Origin: a virus
Taxonomy: Duplodnaviria; Caudoviricetes
Strand: one strand, 5' to 3'
Virus record (IMG/VR): IMGVR_UViG_2030936005_000025
Span: 96,001-160,000 of that record
Length of the DNA stretch: 64,000 bases
Under the pieces are notes generated by a model. That model was not told the DNA's origin. It made no database searches and was given only the letters and a program-made list of their open reading frames with translations. Within the stretch, counting starts at the first letter, position 1; each line of letters begins with the position of its first letter. The translations under genes were made by a program, and so were the position numbers. Positions 10,060 to 19,757 of the stretch are shown here, piece by piece.

Positions 10060-10127
10060 AATTTAATCCTTACTAAGTTTAGGAGAGTTCAAGCATTAGG
10101 AATTAATACTTGTTGTTTATACACTTA

Positions 10128-10146
10128 AATTATATATGTCTGAAAT
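10128..10146 (-). promoter_or_regulatory. Candidate early (virion RNAP) promoter, copy 1
   Basis: Minus strand ATTTCAGACATATATAATT; shares a consensus with three other sites upstream of minus-strand genes. Confidence 0.5.
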
Positions 10147-10169
10147 TTCTTGTAACTGAAATCTGAGCC

Positions 10170-10925
10170 TTATTTCATACCGTCAATAGGCGTAGGTAAA
10201 TCATACTGAGGTTTGTTATGGTTAATAATGGAGTTCATCAACCGGATAACAGAGATGGTATAACCACGGAAAACGTGCCAGTAACCATCCTGAAGGAATA
10301 ATGCAATTCCCCAGTTACTGCTGAACATGGTTTTTTCGATGTTCTCTACCGCATCGACATATGTGCTGTAGAGGTAATCGCTTTCATCTCGCAACTTGAT
10401 TTGGCTGCTACCTTGACGTTTGGCGACGATATCGAAGATACGGCTAAGTTCTCGGATATCGGTATTCTCCATACCTTCAATCTCTAAGTTAGCTTGTTCC
10501 AGTAAAGAAGGACGAGAATGAAGATACTTCTGCTCAAACTCTTTGGCAGAGAAACCTTCTAGTTTCATTCCTTCTTTTAATGGAATAGCTGCATTGAGAA
10601 TCTCAAGCAGAAACGGTATAGATTTATTCCCACCAAACGCCGCCAACATTCCGGCTTCTTCAACCCAAGTGAATGGATGTTTTCCATCGTTGATGCGAAT
10701 GGATTCCATAAGTTGTTCTACCGCACATTTTGCCGTAGTGTTTAACTTTGAACCCTTAAGTATCACACCTTTAATTTCAACTGGAGGGAATTGTTTACAC
10801 CGTTCAATCTGTGCCTGAGTTGGTTGATTGAAATCATGGGGTTGTTGGGTGCGAGTAGAAACAAAGCTTTCGCTGAACTTAGGAAAGTTGCGGTTCCACG
10901 CATAAGCACGAGGGCGTTTAGACAT
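10170..10925 (-). CDS. Hypothetical protein
   Basis: 251-aa ORF with AAGGA SD; no recognised motif. Confidence 0.65.
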   Translation of the reverse strand: MSKRPRAYAWNRNFPKFSESFVSTRTQQPHDFNQPTQAQIERCKQFPPVEIKGVILKGSKLNTTAKCAVEQLMESIRINDGKHPFTWVEEAGMLAAFGGNKSIPFLLEILNAAIPLKEGMKLEGFSAKEFEQKYLHSRPSLLEQANLEIEGMENTDIRELSRIFDIVAKRQGSSQIKLRDESDYLYSTYVDAVENIEKTMFSSNWGIALFLQDGYWHVFRGYTISVIRLMNSIINHNKPQYDLPTPIDGMK

Positions 10926-10934
10926 TTTTTATCC

Positions 10935-11366
10935 TTAACGATAAGTAACCAGTGAACGTTCTTGATTAGAGAACGCGTGTCGAATTAAACGACGCAGATC
11001 GTCGGTTGTGAAATTACGCAGCTGTAAGGTCTTTCCTTTATTAGAAGACATTAACTTACTACGGTCCAACCGCCATTCCAGAAAACGTTGTACTTCGGGT
11101 GAGGAGGTATCCTGCACCATAAGACGAACTTTCCCACCTACCTTGTTAATTCCTTTCAACAGGATGTGATGTTTCTCACATTCCCCATTCACCACCAACT
11201 CAAACACCTCCTCTTCTTTTATGTCATCCAGCGCGCCCAACCCCAAGTCCTTGCTTAACGCAACACGTGCGATGTTCAGCTTTGCTGTCATCTGCAACAT
11301 CTCACTCAGTGGCAGTTCAGATTTGGTTTTAGCCGGAACGAAGATAGAAGTAGTGATCTTTTTCAT
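10935..11366 (-). CDS. Hypothetical protein
   Basis: 143-aa ORF with AGGA SD; no recognised motif. Confidence 0.65.
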   Translation of the reverse strand: MKKITTSIFVPAKTKSELPLSEMLQMTAKLNIARVALSKDLGLGALDDIKEEEVFELVVNGECEKHHILLKGINKVGGKVRLMVQDTSSPEVQRFLEWRLDRSKLMSSNKGKTLQLRNFTTDDLRRLIRHAFSNQERSLVTYR

Positions 11367-11487
11367 TAATGCTTTTCCTAAGGTATAATTAGACTGTGTG
11401 TAAAAGCCTGTAAGCGGCTTTTGCTATATAAAGGATACATATTCCTTCTATATAATAAAAGGCGCTCTGTGAGCGATACAGCAGCAA

Positions 11488-11515
11488 AGAGAGTCCACCC
11501 GAAGGCAGACTCTCT
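11488..11515 (-). terminator. cUUCGg hairpin terminator downstream of the nvRNAP gp123-like operon
   Basis: Minus-strand RNA AGAGAGUCUGCC-UUCG-GGUGGACUCUCU followed by UUU; fully paired with two G-U pairs. Confidence 0.7.
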
Positions 11516-11554
11516 AGGTTAACTTAATTCATGAATTAACTTAGTTGCTACTGA

Positions 11555-13927
11555 TTACTCACAGACAGGGACTGGGTGAACATAGTCCTCAAATGTTGAT
11601 ACTGCGCGTAATACGAATACGCCTTCAGGATCAAATCCAGAACGAGTCAGAGCCCAAACCTTGTTGCCTTCATCTTTACGGAATTTCACCAACACCTGCG
11701 GATACTCTTTGAAGTGACGTGCGCCAACTTCAATAGCTTTCCGAACTATCGCGAATAGTTTAGGGTCGATTGATTCTTTAATATACACTGCTTCAAGAGC
11801 ATGAGGACCATTCTCTTTAATCAGGTTGATGAATACACTGTCACGCTTGAAAATGATCTTGCGTTTAGCATCGTTCATCATGACGGCACGAGAAACTTCA
11901 TCTTCATTCTTGTACAGTTCTTCAAACTCTTTACGAGTCTCTTCTTTATCTACGATGATTTCAATACCGTTACGGATAAAGTCGTTAGAACCATAGTTCA
12001 TGAAAGCACGCAGAGTTGGGTGATCACGATCGCTCATCCACTGTACGAGTTCTTCCAGATCTTCAAAGATGTTGCGTACACGAAGATATTCGGCAGACAG
12101 GTCATCTTTGTCTTCTGCATAACCACGAACTTCAACCAACCAACGGTTGACCAGGTTAGTCAGATAAGACTGAACGAAAGAAGTAAACTCTTCATCGTTG
12201 TGTTCACGACATACACCACGCAGGTGACGGATGACTTGTGCAGTATCAGTCTTGTCCTGAGTATTGCCACGAACCATCAGCTTGAACTGAGAATAGAACT
12301 GATCAACATCAGTCGCTTCATCCAGGGTCCACTGACGCGTATTTGCCATCGGTAATACAAATGCATCTAACTGAGACTTTGGATCGTGCGCAGCTGTGTG
12401 AGCATTGATACGATTCAGAGTGTTTTCGTTACCCAGGTTAGCTTTCATCGGAGAGCTGCCAACTAACAGATCTGGCATCTTGTCCAATGTCTTCATTTCT
12501 TCCATCGGTACAACATAACCGTCACGGACGAATGCAGAGGTTTCCATGTCTTTCGGATCGAAAGTGGTTTTCTGGACACCGTTGTCTTCATACATATACG
12601 GCAGTAATAAGGATGGGTCACTAAGCAGTTCTTGCATGTGTCGAACTTCCGATCCATCATAATCAATGAAACGATATGCGAAGGTACCGTGTTGCCAATC
12701 GAAACGATAGACAGCCAGTTTACCCAGCACGTTGGTGTCGCGCATGTGGAAGGTAGAACCGTCTTCCAGATTAAACGCTTTGGTAATGCTATTCAGATGA
12801 TAACGATGAAGGATATACCAGCCAGTTCCAGGAACTTCGCTTGCATAGTCGTTCAGGTTATACTGATGACGGTTACCGGCATTGATATCTTCGATGTTCA
12901 GCTTAGGACGATCAAAGTTATCATAGCTCGGGACATCGATAAGATTATGCTGTACAGGTGTGTAGCCAGTTTCCAAAGCTTTCTGTTTATTACGTGCCAC
13001 CTGCTGCGCCAACCAGGCATTAGCTTCAGCCATTCCTTGGTTGTTACCACTGATCGCATTGCTATTAATATCAAACATGTTTCCAGCCATACCCATATCG
13101 GTTACGGATTGGACATCCAGCAATGGATTGTGTAGCGTGGTGTTTTCAACAATAGAGGACAACTTACCTTTACTATACGGACATTCCAATCCCGAGAATA
13201 CATAGCGTTCCAAGACCTGCTGGAAAATCGGATCTTCTCGTTTAGACAGCTCGGACTTAGCCAGCGGCGATAAACGATGGAACTGCTCTTGGTGATGAGA
13301 AAGGTGATCCAGGAATTGCAGAGTGATAATGTCAATACAAGATTTATAGAACAGATCTTGCATGATTGGACCTGGTTGACGAATTGCTTCGTTGCCAGAC
13401 ATTAACTGCCACGCAATTACAGAACCCAGCTGAATACCTGCCTGACCGACGATAAAGTTGTGAAGCGCTTGACGACTATCAATGTCGTTGACAAAAGCTT
13501 CCATGACTGGATCATGTTTACCACCTCGCAGCGGAGACTTGAAACGTTCCAGCGCATTACGCCATTGTTGATACATAAAGTTATTAGTACGGCGATGCAT
13601 ACAGATTTGAACAACCTGATAAGCAACCATACCACCTTCAGTCAATGCTTGAGCTTTAATCTGCTCATCATTAACTTCGCCATCCAGACCAATCAATGCG
13701 GCATAGTTAGTGCCAGATGGCCCATAGCTATACAGCGATGCCATGCTGTTGTTAGGAGTGTTAAGGTTTGTCGCATAACGACCCACAGAAGCGGCAATCA
13801 TTGCCAGCGGGTTTTGCTGTTGTTGCATGCCCTGCTGTTGCTGCTGAGGTTGTTGTGGATTCATTCCATTGTTCATGCCCGCGGTCTGACGGCCTCTCAG
13901 AACTTGCGCTTGGTTGCCATTCATCAT
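11555..13927 (-). CDS. Large non-virion protein with a Q/N/M-rich N-terminus, co-transcribed with an nvRNAP subunit
   Basis: 790 aa, starts 5 bp after the stop of the RNAP subunit gene; N-terminus GMNNGMNPQQPQQQQQGMQQQQNP. Confidence 0.75.
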   Translation of the reverse strand: MMNGNQAQVLRGRQTAGMNNGMNPQQPQQQQQGMQQQQNPLAMIAASVGRYATNLNTPNNSMASLYSYGPSGTNYAALIGLDGEVNDEQIKAQALTEGGMVAYQVVQICMHRRTNNFMYQQWRNALERFKSPLRGGKHDPVMEAFVNDIDSRQALHNFIVGQAGIQLGSVIAWQLMSGNEAIRQPGPIMQDLFYKSCIDIITLQFLDHLSHHQEQFHRLSPLAKSELSKREDPIFQQVLERYVFSGLECPYSKGKLSSIVENTTLHNPLLDVQSVTDMGMAGNMFDINSNAISGNNQGMAEANAWLAQQVARNKQKALETGYTPVQHNLIDVPSYDNFDRPKLNIEDINAGNRHQYNLNDYASEVPGTGWYILHRYHLNSITKAFNLEDGSTFHMRDTNVLGKLAVYRFDWQHGTFAYRFIDYDGSEVRHMQELLSDPSLLLPYMYEDNGVQKTTFDPKDMETSAFVRDGYVVPMEEMKTLDKMPDLLVGSSPMKANLGNENTLNRINAHTAAHDPKSQLDAFVLPMANTRQWTLDEATDVDQFYSQFKLMVRGNTQDKTDTAQVIRHLRGVCREHNDEEFTSFVQSYLTNLVNRWLVEVRGYAEDKDDLSAEYLRVRNIFEDLEELVQWMSDRDHPTLRAFMNYGSNDFIRNGIEIIVDKEETRKEFEELYKNEDEVSRAVMMNDAKRKIIFKRDSVFINLIKENGPHALEAVYIKESIDPKLFAIVRKAIEVGARHFKEYPQVLVKFRKDEGNKVWALTRSGFDPEGVFVLRAVSTFEDYVHPVPVCE

Positions 13928-13932
13928 CTTTA

Positions 13933-15624
13933 TTAACTCTCTCTAAACTTAAGTCTACGTTTGGTTGCTTCGAACAAAGGACGATCTTCCGTACGCAGAG
14001 CAGTGTACTTACCTTGCACTAAGTGAACACGAGGCTGGAGCATTCCACGACCATCCGGATTCGGCTTACTTGCATACTGATAAGACACCACAAATGGCTG
14101 CGATGGATGAATCACACTACCAGGATGGTTGGGATCAAAATCTTCTTTCTTTCTACCAGGTCCGCGGTTAACCGTGGATTTGGTTTGAAGGATGATACCC
14201 AGACCAAAGTCGATAAGTGGATTATCAGTACCGGTCTGTTCGAGAATCGTGTTGTTTTCACGTACCGATTTATCAATGTTAAACAAACGGAAGTGAGTAT
14301 CCAGTTCGCGATTGATAATCTTCGGCGTGATATTACTTTTGTTACGAATCATGAAGCGGAAGTCATTTGCCTGATGAATCAGGAAGTCCACCAAGAATTC
14401 CATAGAGGCCAGTTCTTTATGTAACATGTCTGCCGGATCATACAGTTTGATCAGAGAAGAATAGTTCAGCATCAAATAGTTAAACAGGTCATATGTCGAA
14501 CTGATGTTGATGTCGAACTTGTTATACTTCTCAACCGTGATGTTATCTGCCATTTCCTCAATACTGGTGAAATGCTCATTCATTTGACGCAGATAAACAC
14601 TCGGATCAGTGCGCTGTGGAAGTCGAATAGAACAACGTCCAATAATCAGTCGCCAATAATCGATATCGTCTAAACGACGTACATCGAGTTCATGACTGAA
14701 TACCCCAAACATAAACAACAGCCCGCCAGCATATTGTAATGCGAGGTTACTGATCTCTCCACCTTTATTACGGCTCTTGATCGCTAACGCAGGTTCTGCC
14801 AACAGTGGCGTTCCCTTTGGACGGTCAAAGGCTTTTGGATGGATCGCACCGGTGTTACTCATGACCTGCCACCCTTCAGACTCTGGACAGATATCCAACA
14901 GTGTGTCAAGTGTATCGATCACATAGTCACATTCCGCAAATTCTTTCATGCAATGGCCAAAACCATATTTGCCAAATACATACCACGCCAGTAATGGGAT
15001 CGGAACTTTCTTACTGGTGATCTTGCGATCATTCTTGGAGTTCATGAAACGGTTTGCAGGTAACGTCATGTTCACTGCGCTGGTATTGATATTACCGCCG
15101 TTTCGATAAACACGGTTGAACGTGTGAATTTCTTTTGTGACTTTAAACTTATAACCCAGTACACGAATGAAGATAGTTTTATCACGAGAACCGTCCACAG
15201 AAGGACCGCGCTCAGATAGAACATACTGCAAGTTATATGTACTGTTACGGGTTAAGATGTCGCCGTGCTTGTTGGTATAAGCCAGGAACATCAATGGACT
15301 TTTCAGTTCAGATTCAACACCTGTAACGGGATCCTTGAAATGGTTAATCATCCTTACACCAAAGAAACTGTTCTTCGCGATCTCGAAGTCTTTCGTTCCA
15401 CTGCTGCTAGAACGTGTGATCAGATTATAAAACTCAATCGGATCAACTTCTTCTAAGCGATCAAAGATATAACCCTTCTCACGCAGAGATCTGAACATGT
15501 TCGAATACGCCTCATTTAAGTGAGGTATGATTCGATCCATGTCTTTCTTGTGCCACCCTTCGACCAGCTCCTGAGTAAAACTTCCCCTTTGTTCTTTAAG
15601 AACTTTGAGTACTTGCGGATCCAT
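13933..15624 (-). CDS. Non-virion RNA polymerase beta subunit, N-terminal part (phiKZ gp123-like)
   Basis: 563 aa, two genes downstream of the major capsid gene as in phiKZ-like phages. C-terminal SKPNPDGRGML resembles the beta fork-loop region. Mostly a synteny and size inference. Confidence 0.7.
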   Translation of the reverse strand: MDPQVLKVLKEQRGSFTQELVEGWHKKDMDRIIPHLNEAYSNMFRSLREKGYIFDRLEEVDPIEFYNLITRSSSSGTKDFEIAKNSFFGVRMINHFKDPVTGVESELKSPLMFLAYTNKHGDILTRNSTYNLQYVLSERGPSVDGSRDKTIFIRVLGYKFKVTKEIHTFNRVYRNGGNINTSAVNMTLPANRFMNSKNDRKITSKKVPIPLLAWYVFGKYGFGHCMKEFAECDYVIDTLDTLLDICPESEGWQVMSNTGAIHPKAFDRPKGTPLLAEPALAIKSRNKGGEISNLALQYAGGLLFMFGVFSHELDVRRLDDIDYWRLIIGRCSIRLPQRTDPSVYLRQMNEHFTSIEEMADNITVEKYNKFDINISSTYDLFNYLMLNYSSLIKLYDPADMLHKELASMEFLVDFLIHQANDFRFMIRNKSNITPKIINRELDTHFRLFNIDKSVRENNTILEQTGTDNPLIDFGLGIILQTKSTVNRGPGRKKEDFDPNHPGSVIHPSQPFVVSYQYASKPNPDGRGMLQPRVHLVQGKYTALRTEDRPLFEATKRRLKFRES

Positions 15625-15637
15625 TTCTTCTCCTAAA

Positions 15638-16723
15638 CTAAATTATTTTCAAGAACTGCATAAATGTCACGATCGATTTTAGATTACCTACGATTCCCTG
15701 TATCAGGCGGTGTGCGCCACTTACATAATCATCAGCTCGGTATTCTTTCAATTTTTCTAATGAAATTGTCTGTTTGAAATCACTATGCGCCCTATTGATT
15801 TTCTCGATGTTAATCTTCAACTCAAGATCGTCAACTTTCGACACGAGTTTCTTTTGTTCTACTTTGAGGTCTTTCGTTTCTTTCTTTAATTTGTCATTCT
15901 CGGACATAACCGAGGTAGTAAATTCTCCCGTAGAATGCTTCTTCGCATCCCGTTCAGTATAATGTAGATTAAACCCTAAGAGCTTCTTAGGATCGAGTAG
16001 GTCTTCAATAGGAATAAATTGTTGATGCTGTAGTCTCAGTCCACCGGCTAAGTATAGCCCGTCTTGTTGCTCCTCATCTTGCACTGCTATGATTTTAGTT
16101 AGACTACCGAAACCGGAAGTCCAGAGTGTACCGATTCGATTGTGACTATCAATCAGTCTGGCAGAGAACAGAGTTCGGATACCCTTGTCTGTATAACCGT
16201 CAGCTTCATGATCAATCTCTTCGAGTTCTTTACTGATCTGATCACGAATATAACCAATCGGATTGTCACCATGCGACTTCTCAACCAGGTTAGTGGTTTC
16301 GCGGATGGTAATCCCCAGAAGGTTAGATTTGTGAGTGGTACGATATTCCAAGAAGTCGAAATGCATTTCCACCTGGACAGTCAATCGCGTTTGATCTGTC
16401 TCGGAAGAATAAGGCGTAACACGCTTACGCATTGCTTCTACTTTTTCTTTATACTCAATCAGGAAATCCTGATCGCATTTAAGCTGGGACTCAACCGTCG
16501 GAACGGTAACTCGTCTTGGATCAACCAATCGAGTAACCCGCACAATGACCTTACCACGATCTTCCAATCGCTCAGGTCTTCCCTCTTGTCTCAATAACTC
16601 CATCTCAACACCCAACCGGTCAGTGATAATAATATCATGACTGGTATAGTTGAAATATTCGATACCTTCGACAAGTGGTGCTCTCCGAGACGGTGACCAG
16701 CAATCGCCAGTTACTGTACTCAT
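15638..16723 (-). CDS. Conserved hypothetical protein with C-terminal coiled coil (phiKZ gp122-like position)
   Basis: Start revised to ATG 16723 (AGGAG SD); heptad pattern ENDKLKKETKDLKVEQKKLVSKVDDLELKI. Confidence 0.65.
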   Translation of the reverse strand: MSTVTGDCWSPSRRAPLVEGIEYFNYTSHDIIITDRLGVEMELLRQEGRPERLEDRGKVIVRVTRLVDPRRVTVPTVESQLKCDQDFLIEYKEKVEAMRKRVTPYSSETDQTRLTVQVEMHFDFLEYRTTHKSNLLGITIRETTNLVEKSHGDNPIGYIRDQISKELEEIDHEADGYTDKGIRTLFSARLIDSHNRIGTLWTSGFGSLTKIIAVQDEEQQDGLYLAGGLRLQHQQFIPIEDLLDPKKLLGFNLHYTERDAKKHSTGEFTTSVMSENDKLKKETKDLKVEQKKLVSKVDDLELKINIEKINRAHSDFKQTISLEKLKEYRADDYVSGAHRLIQGIVGNLKSIVTFMQFLKII

Positions 16724-16774
16724 AATGCTCCTAAATATTTCTTGCAAGAAATAACTTCTGTACTACTATTCTAG

Positions 16775-16796
16775 ATGATAATATTTGCCTGAAAAT
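16775..16796 (-). promoter_or_regulatory. Candidate early promoter, copy 2
   Basis: Minus strand ATTTTCAGGCAAATATTATCAT, between the capsid terminator and the operon encoding the nvRNAP beta N-half. Confidence 0.55.
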
Positions 16797-16825
16797 GTTT
16801 AAGGATGAATTTTCCAATAGACAGC

Positions 16826-16863
16826 AAAAACCCCCTTCCCCAGCCGAAGCCAGGGAAGGGAGG
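16826..16863 (-). terminator. Intrinsic terminator of the major capsid gene
   Basis: Minus-strand RNA CCUCCCUUCCCUGGC-UUCG-GCUGGGGAAGGGGG followed by UUUUU. Confidence 0.85.
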
Positions 16864-16897
16864 TCTTCTTATTGCTTAATCGCCAGAAGGCTATTCC

Positions 16898-19054
16898 TTA
16901 TGGAACATCAACTGGGATTTCTTTGGCGTCGCTGTTGTCAGACTGAGGAACAGTCACAACTGGACCACCTGCGATCAGGTGTTTGTTCACCTTGGTGATC
17001 AGGCCTTCGTTACCCAGCAGCTGATCGATGTCAGAGATGGTTACGCGACCGATTACCGGGCACAGGCTGTGGTGATCGTACGCAGGCTGGGTGATGATCA
17101 TGCGGTACTGGCGATCAGACTGCTGCACAGAACCTTCGATAACCAGCAGCTCTTTAGCTACGCAGATACCGATGCCGCCGAAGATGTCTACTTCACCGTT
17201 CTTGGTGTTAGACTTAGGAACTACCCACATACGGCCCACTTCTGAGTCGATGTTAGTTTCAACGATCTGGAACTTGATGTTCTGACCGAAGGTACGGTAG
17301 TCGCCCTGAGTCATCAGGAACGGAGCCAGTGAGGCGTGAGCAACAACGGTGTACGCTTCTTCACGATCGTCCAGCTCTTTCAGAGCAGAGATGTTAGAGT
17401 TCACGCGCAGCGCAGTGATGATGTCCCACAGTTTGTTAACCAGAACTGCTTCGATATTCTCGCGAGTATCTTTAGAGTCCAGGGTAGAAACTTCTTCAAC
17501 CAGGTTCAGAGTGGTTTCGATACCAACTGTTCCCAGGAAGTGCTGACCAGGCAGGATGGCAGAAGAGTCATCGTTGATGTTAACGATTTTCATGCCGTTG
17601 TTGTCGTAGATGTAATCGAAGTGCGCGTTGGCAGCTTTGAATGCATCGTGAGACATGTTACGTTGAACCATCACGTCCATCTGCTTAATCAGCATCTGAA
17701 GCACAGTCGCGTTGTTATCCTGATCCAGCATTGGATACTTAACAGAGATCGGCTGGCGACGGTTGATGTTGTAAGACTTCATGGTGTTCGCGTAAACAAC
17801 AGTAGTACCGTAACGGCTACGGTTGGTGTTCGCGTGGTTCAGAGACAGACGCACACCTTCGATGCTTCCTTCGAAAGCTTCGGTGGTGATCAGAGCCTGG
17901 ATGTCCGCTGGCATGCCAGGAGTTCCTGGAGTCAGACGGTTACCATCTTTGTCTACAACGTAAGAGATCGCAACCGGAGAAATGGTTGGAGACCAGCTAC
18001 GGGTAGAACGGCTGTAGGTTGCAGTCAGCTCAAGCTGAATGAACACTTTCAGACCAGCGTCGGTCAGGTTTTTGAACAGGACGACAGATTTGCCATCTTT
18101 GTCTTTCAGGTTGGTAACATTCAGACCGTTCAGTACGAAGTTGATCTGACGCTTCTCTTCAGAAGTAGTACCAGTAGAAGGACGCGCTGCAACGCCAGAC
18201 ATGTTACCAGTGTCCAGAGTGAAGAAACCTTCGCCTTCAGAAGTTTTGATGTTCAGCAGAAGCTGCTGCAGTTTGATAGAAGATGCTTCGATCTCATCGT
18301 TCTGCTCAAACGCAGGTGCGCCCGGTGCACGGCACAGAGACAGCAGGTTGTTGATTTTGCGGATAGCCAGGAAGTTGGTCTTATGCGCTTGACGACCCAG
18401 CAGGTCACCATCGTCGTAAGCCACATCCCATGGAGCCCAGTCAGCAGAAGGAACGAACATTGCAGCGTTCGGATCCTGAGCATTTTCAGGCAGAACTGGT
18501 ACCAGCTTCAGGTCATCGCCTGGGTTGAACTTAGAGTCAGCCAGAACAGATGCGATTGGGCGCAGGTTTTCCCAGGCTTCGTTCGCGTTACCAGAAGAGT
18601 TGTACGCACCAACACCAGCGATGTCGATTGGCAGAACCAGCGCTTCTTCGGTGTAAGGCAGGATCAGAGTCGGGTACAGTGCTTCAGCAGCTGGCCACTG
18701 ACGGTTACCACGGGCGTTCAGGTCGATGGTAGCAGCTTTCATACGAGCTACTGCGCCAGCTTCCAGCTGCATGGAGAATGATTCCATACCACCGTGTTTG
18801 ATCATGTCTTTCAGAGCGTTAGCGCGATTACCGAAATCGCCATCAGCATGTGCCAGAGATGCAACAGCATTCTTCTGGTTGAAGTCCATGCGCTCTGCCA
18901 GAGTTGCCAGACCGCCACCGAATGATTCAGCACCTACGATAGAAGCCAGGGTGCCATCGGTGTTTGCAGCTTGACCGGCCATCATTGCGCCAATCAGTAC
19001 TTTAAGATCTTTCCCACTACCGGCAGTGGAAAAATGAAATTTATTTTGTTCCAT
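16898..19054 (-). CDS. Major capsid protein (phiKZ gp120-like)
   Basis: 718 aa with extreme high-expression codon bias; N-terminal propeptide with VGAESF and GGMESF sites; strong UUCG terminator; synteny with the DnaB and nvRNAP genes. Confidence 0.85.
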   Translation of the reverse strand: MEQNKFHFSTAGSGKDLKVLIGAMMAGQAANTDGTLASIVGAESFGGGLATLAERMDFNQKNAVASLAHADGDFGNRANALKDMIKHGGMESFSMQLEAGAVARMKAATIDLNARGNRQWPAAEALYPTLILPYTEEALVLPIDIAGVGAYNSSGNANEAWENLRPIASVLADSKFNPGDDLKLVPVLPENAQDPNAAMFVPSADWAPWDVAYDDGDLLGRQAHKTNFLAIRKINNLLSLCRAPGAPAFEQNDEIEASSIKLQQLLLNIKTSEGEGFFTLDTGNMSGVAARPSTGTTSEEKRQINFVLNGLNVTNLKDKDGKSVVLFKNLTDAGLKVFIQLELTATYSRSTRSWSPTISPVAISYVVDKDGNRLTPGTPGMPADIQALITTEAFEGSIEGVRLSLNHANTNRSRYGTTVVYANTMKSYNINRRQPISVKYPMLDQDNNATVLQMLIKQMDVMVQRNMSHDAFKAANAHFDYIYDNNGMKIVNINDDSSAILPGQHFLGTVGIETTLNLVEEVSTLDSKDTRENIEAVLVNKLWDIITALRVNSNISALKELDDREEAYTVVAHASLAPFLMTQGDYRTFGQNIKFQIVETNIDSEVGRMWVVPKSNTKNGEVDIFGGIGICVAKELLVIEGSVQQSDRQYRMIITQPAYDHHSLCPVIGRVTISDIDQLLGNEGLITKVNKHLIAGGPVVTVPQSDNSDAKEIPVDVP

Positions 19055-19166
19055 CGTTAATACCCTTTACGAAAAAGCTTGAAAACAAATATATTTGTTC
19101 GCGGTTACAATGTTTACGCATAAGATAGCCTGTATCTATGCGCATCCCACAATTTTCCACACAGTA

Positions 19167-19718
19167 TTACTGAGCGGCTTTTTGAATCACAAAACCCAAA
19201 TCAATGAACTTTCTTTGAGCAACCGTTTTCGTGAGTTCTTTATTATCACGGAAGTACGATTCGAAAACATTATAAGCCGACAGTAACGCTTGATAAAGAG
19301 AACTGGCCAGATCCCCTTGAACTCTTGTGAACATTGGATTGTTCACAGTATTATTACTGTTAAGAATGAAAAGCTTGCCGTTGAAAAAATGGAAGTAGAA
19401 ATTCTGACCTAATTGAATACTGGAATCAGCATTTAATACTTCATCATATTTTGCCTTATAAACCACTCCCTTACGATTAATGTCACCAATTGTAATAACA
19501 CTGGCATAATCATAGGTTGTAGATTTAAATCCACAATATTGCTTTTCCACCGCACGCTGGTATTTCAACCAGTCAAGGACATCCTCATCAGCAATGCTGG
19601 GAAATTGCGGCAGGTAAGGCAGTTGTGATAGTTCAAGCTTATGCGAATTCAGAAGTTGGAAGTGATGTTCTTGTAAGAAGTACACTTCTAAGTTCTTATC
19701 ACCTGATTTAAACAACAT
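19167..19718 (-). CDS. Probable minor capsid protein (phiKZ gp119-like position)
   Basis: 183-aa ORF between the capsid and helicase genes; synteny only. Confidence 0.5.
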   Translation of the reverse strand: MLFKSGDKNLEVYFLQEHHFQLLNSHKLELSQLPYLPQFPSIADEDVLDWLKYQRAVEKQYCGFKSTTYDYASVITIGDINRKGVVYKAKYDEVLNADSSIQLGQNFYFHFFNGKLFILNSNNTVNNPMFTRVQGDLASSLYQALLSAYNVFESYFRDNKELTKTVAQRKFIDLGFVIQKAAQ

Positions 19719-19757
19719 ATTGAATTAACCTTTTAAAGTTTCAATGAGGAGCTGTAC

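Noticed and set aside
11801-13936. Plus-strand ORFs opposite the 790-aa gene
   Set aside because: Antisense shadows, including one produced by the poly-Q tract.
17336-18781. 481-aa plus-strand ORF antisense to the major capsid gene
   Set aside because: Shadow ORF: strong codon bias in the capsid gene removes stops in the antisense frame; the product is V/R/H/Q-rich with no SD or motif.
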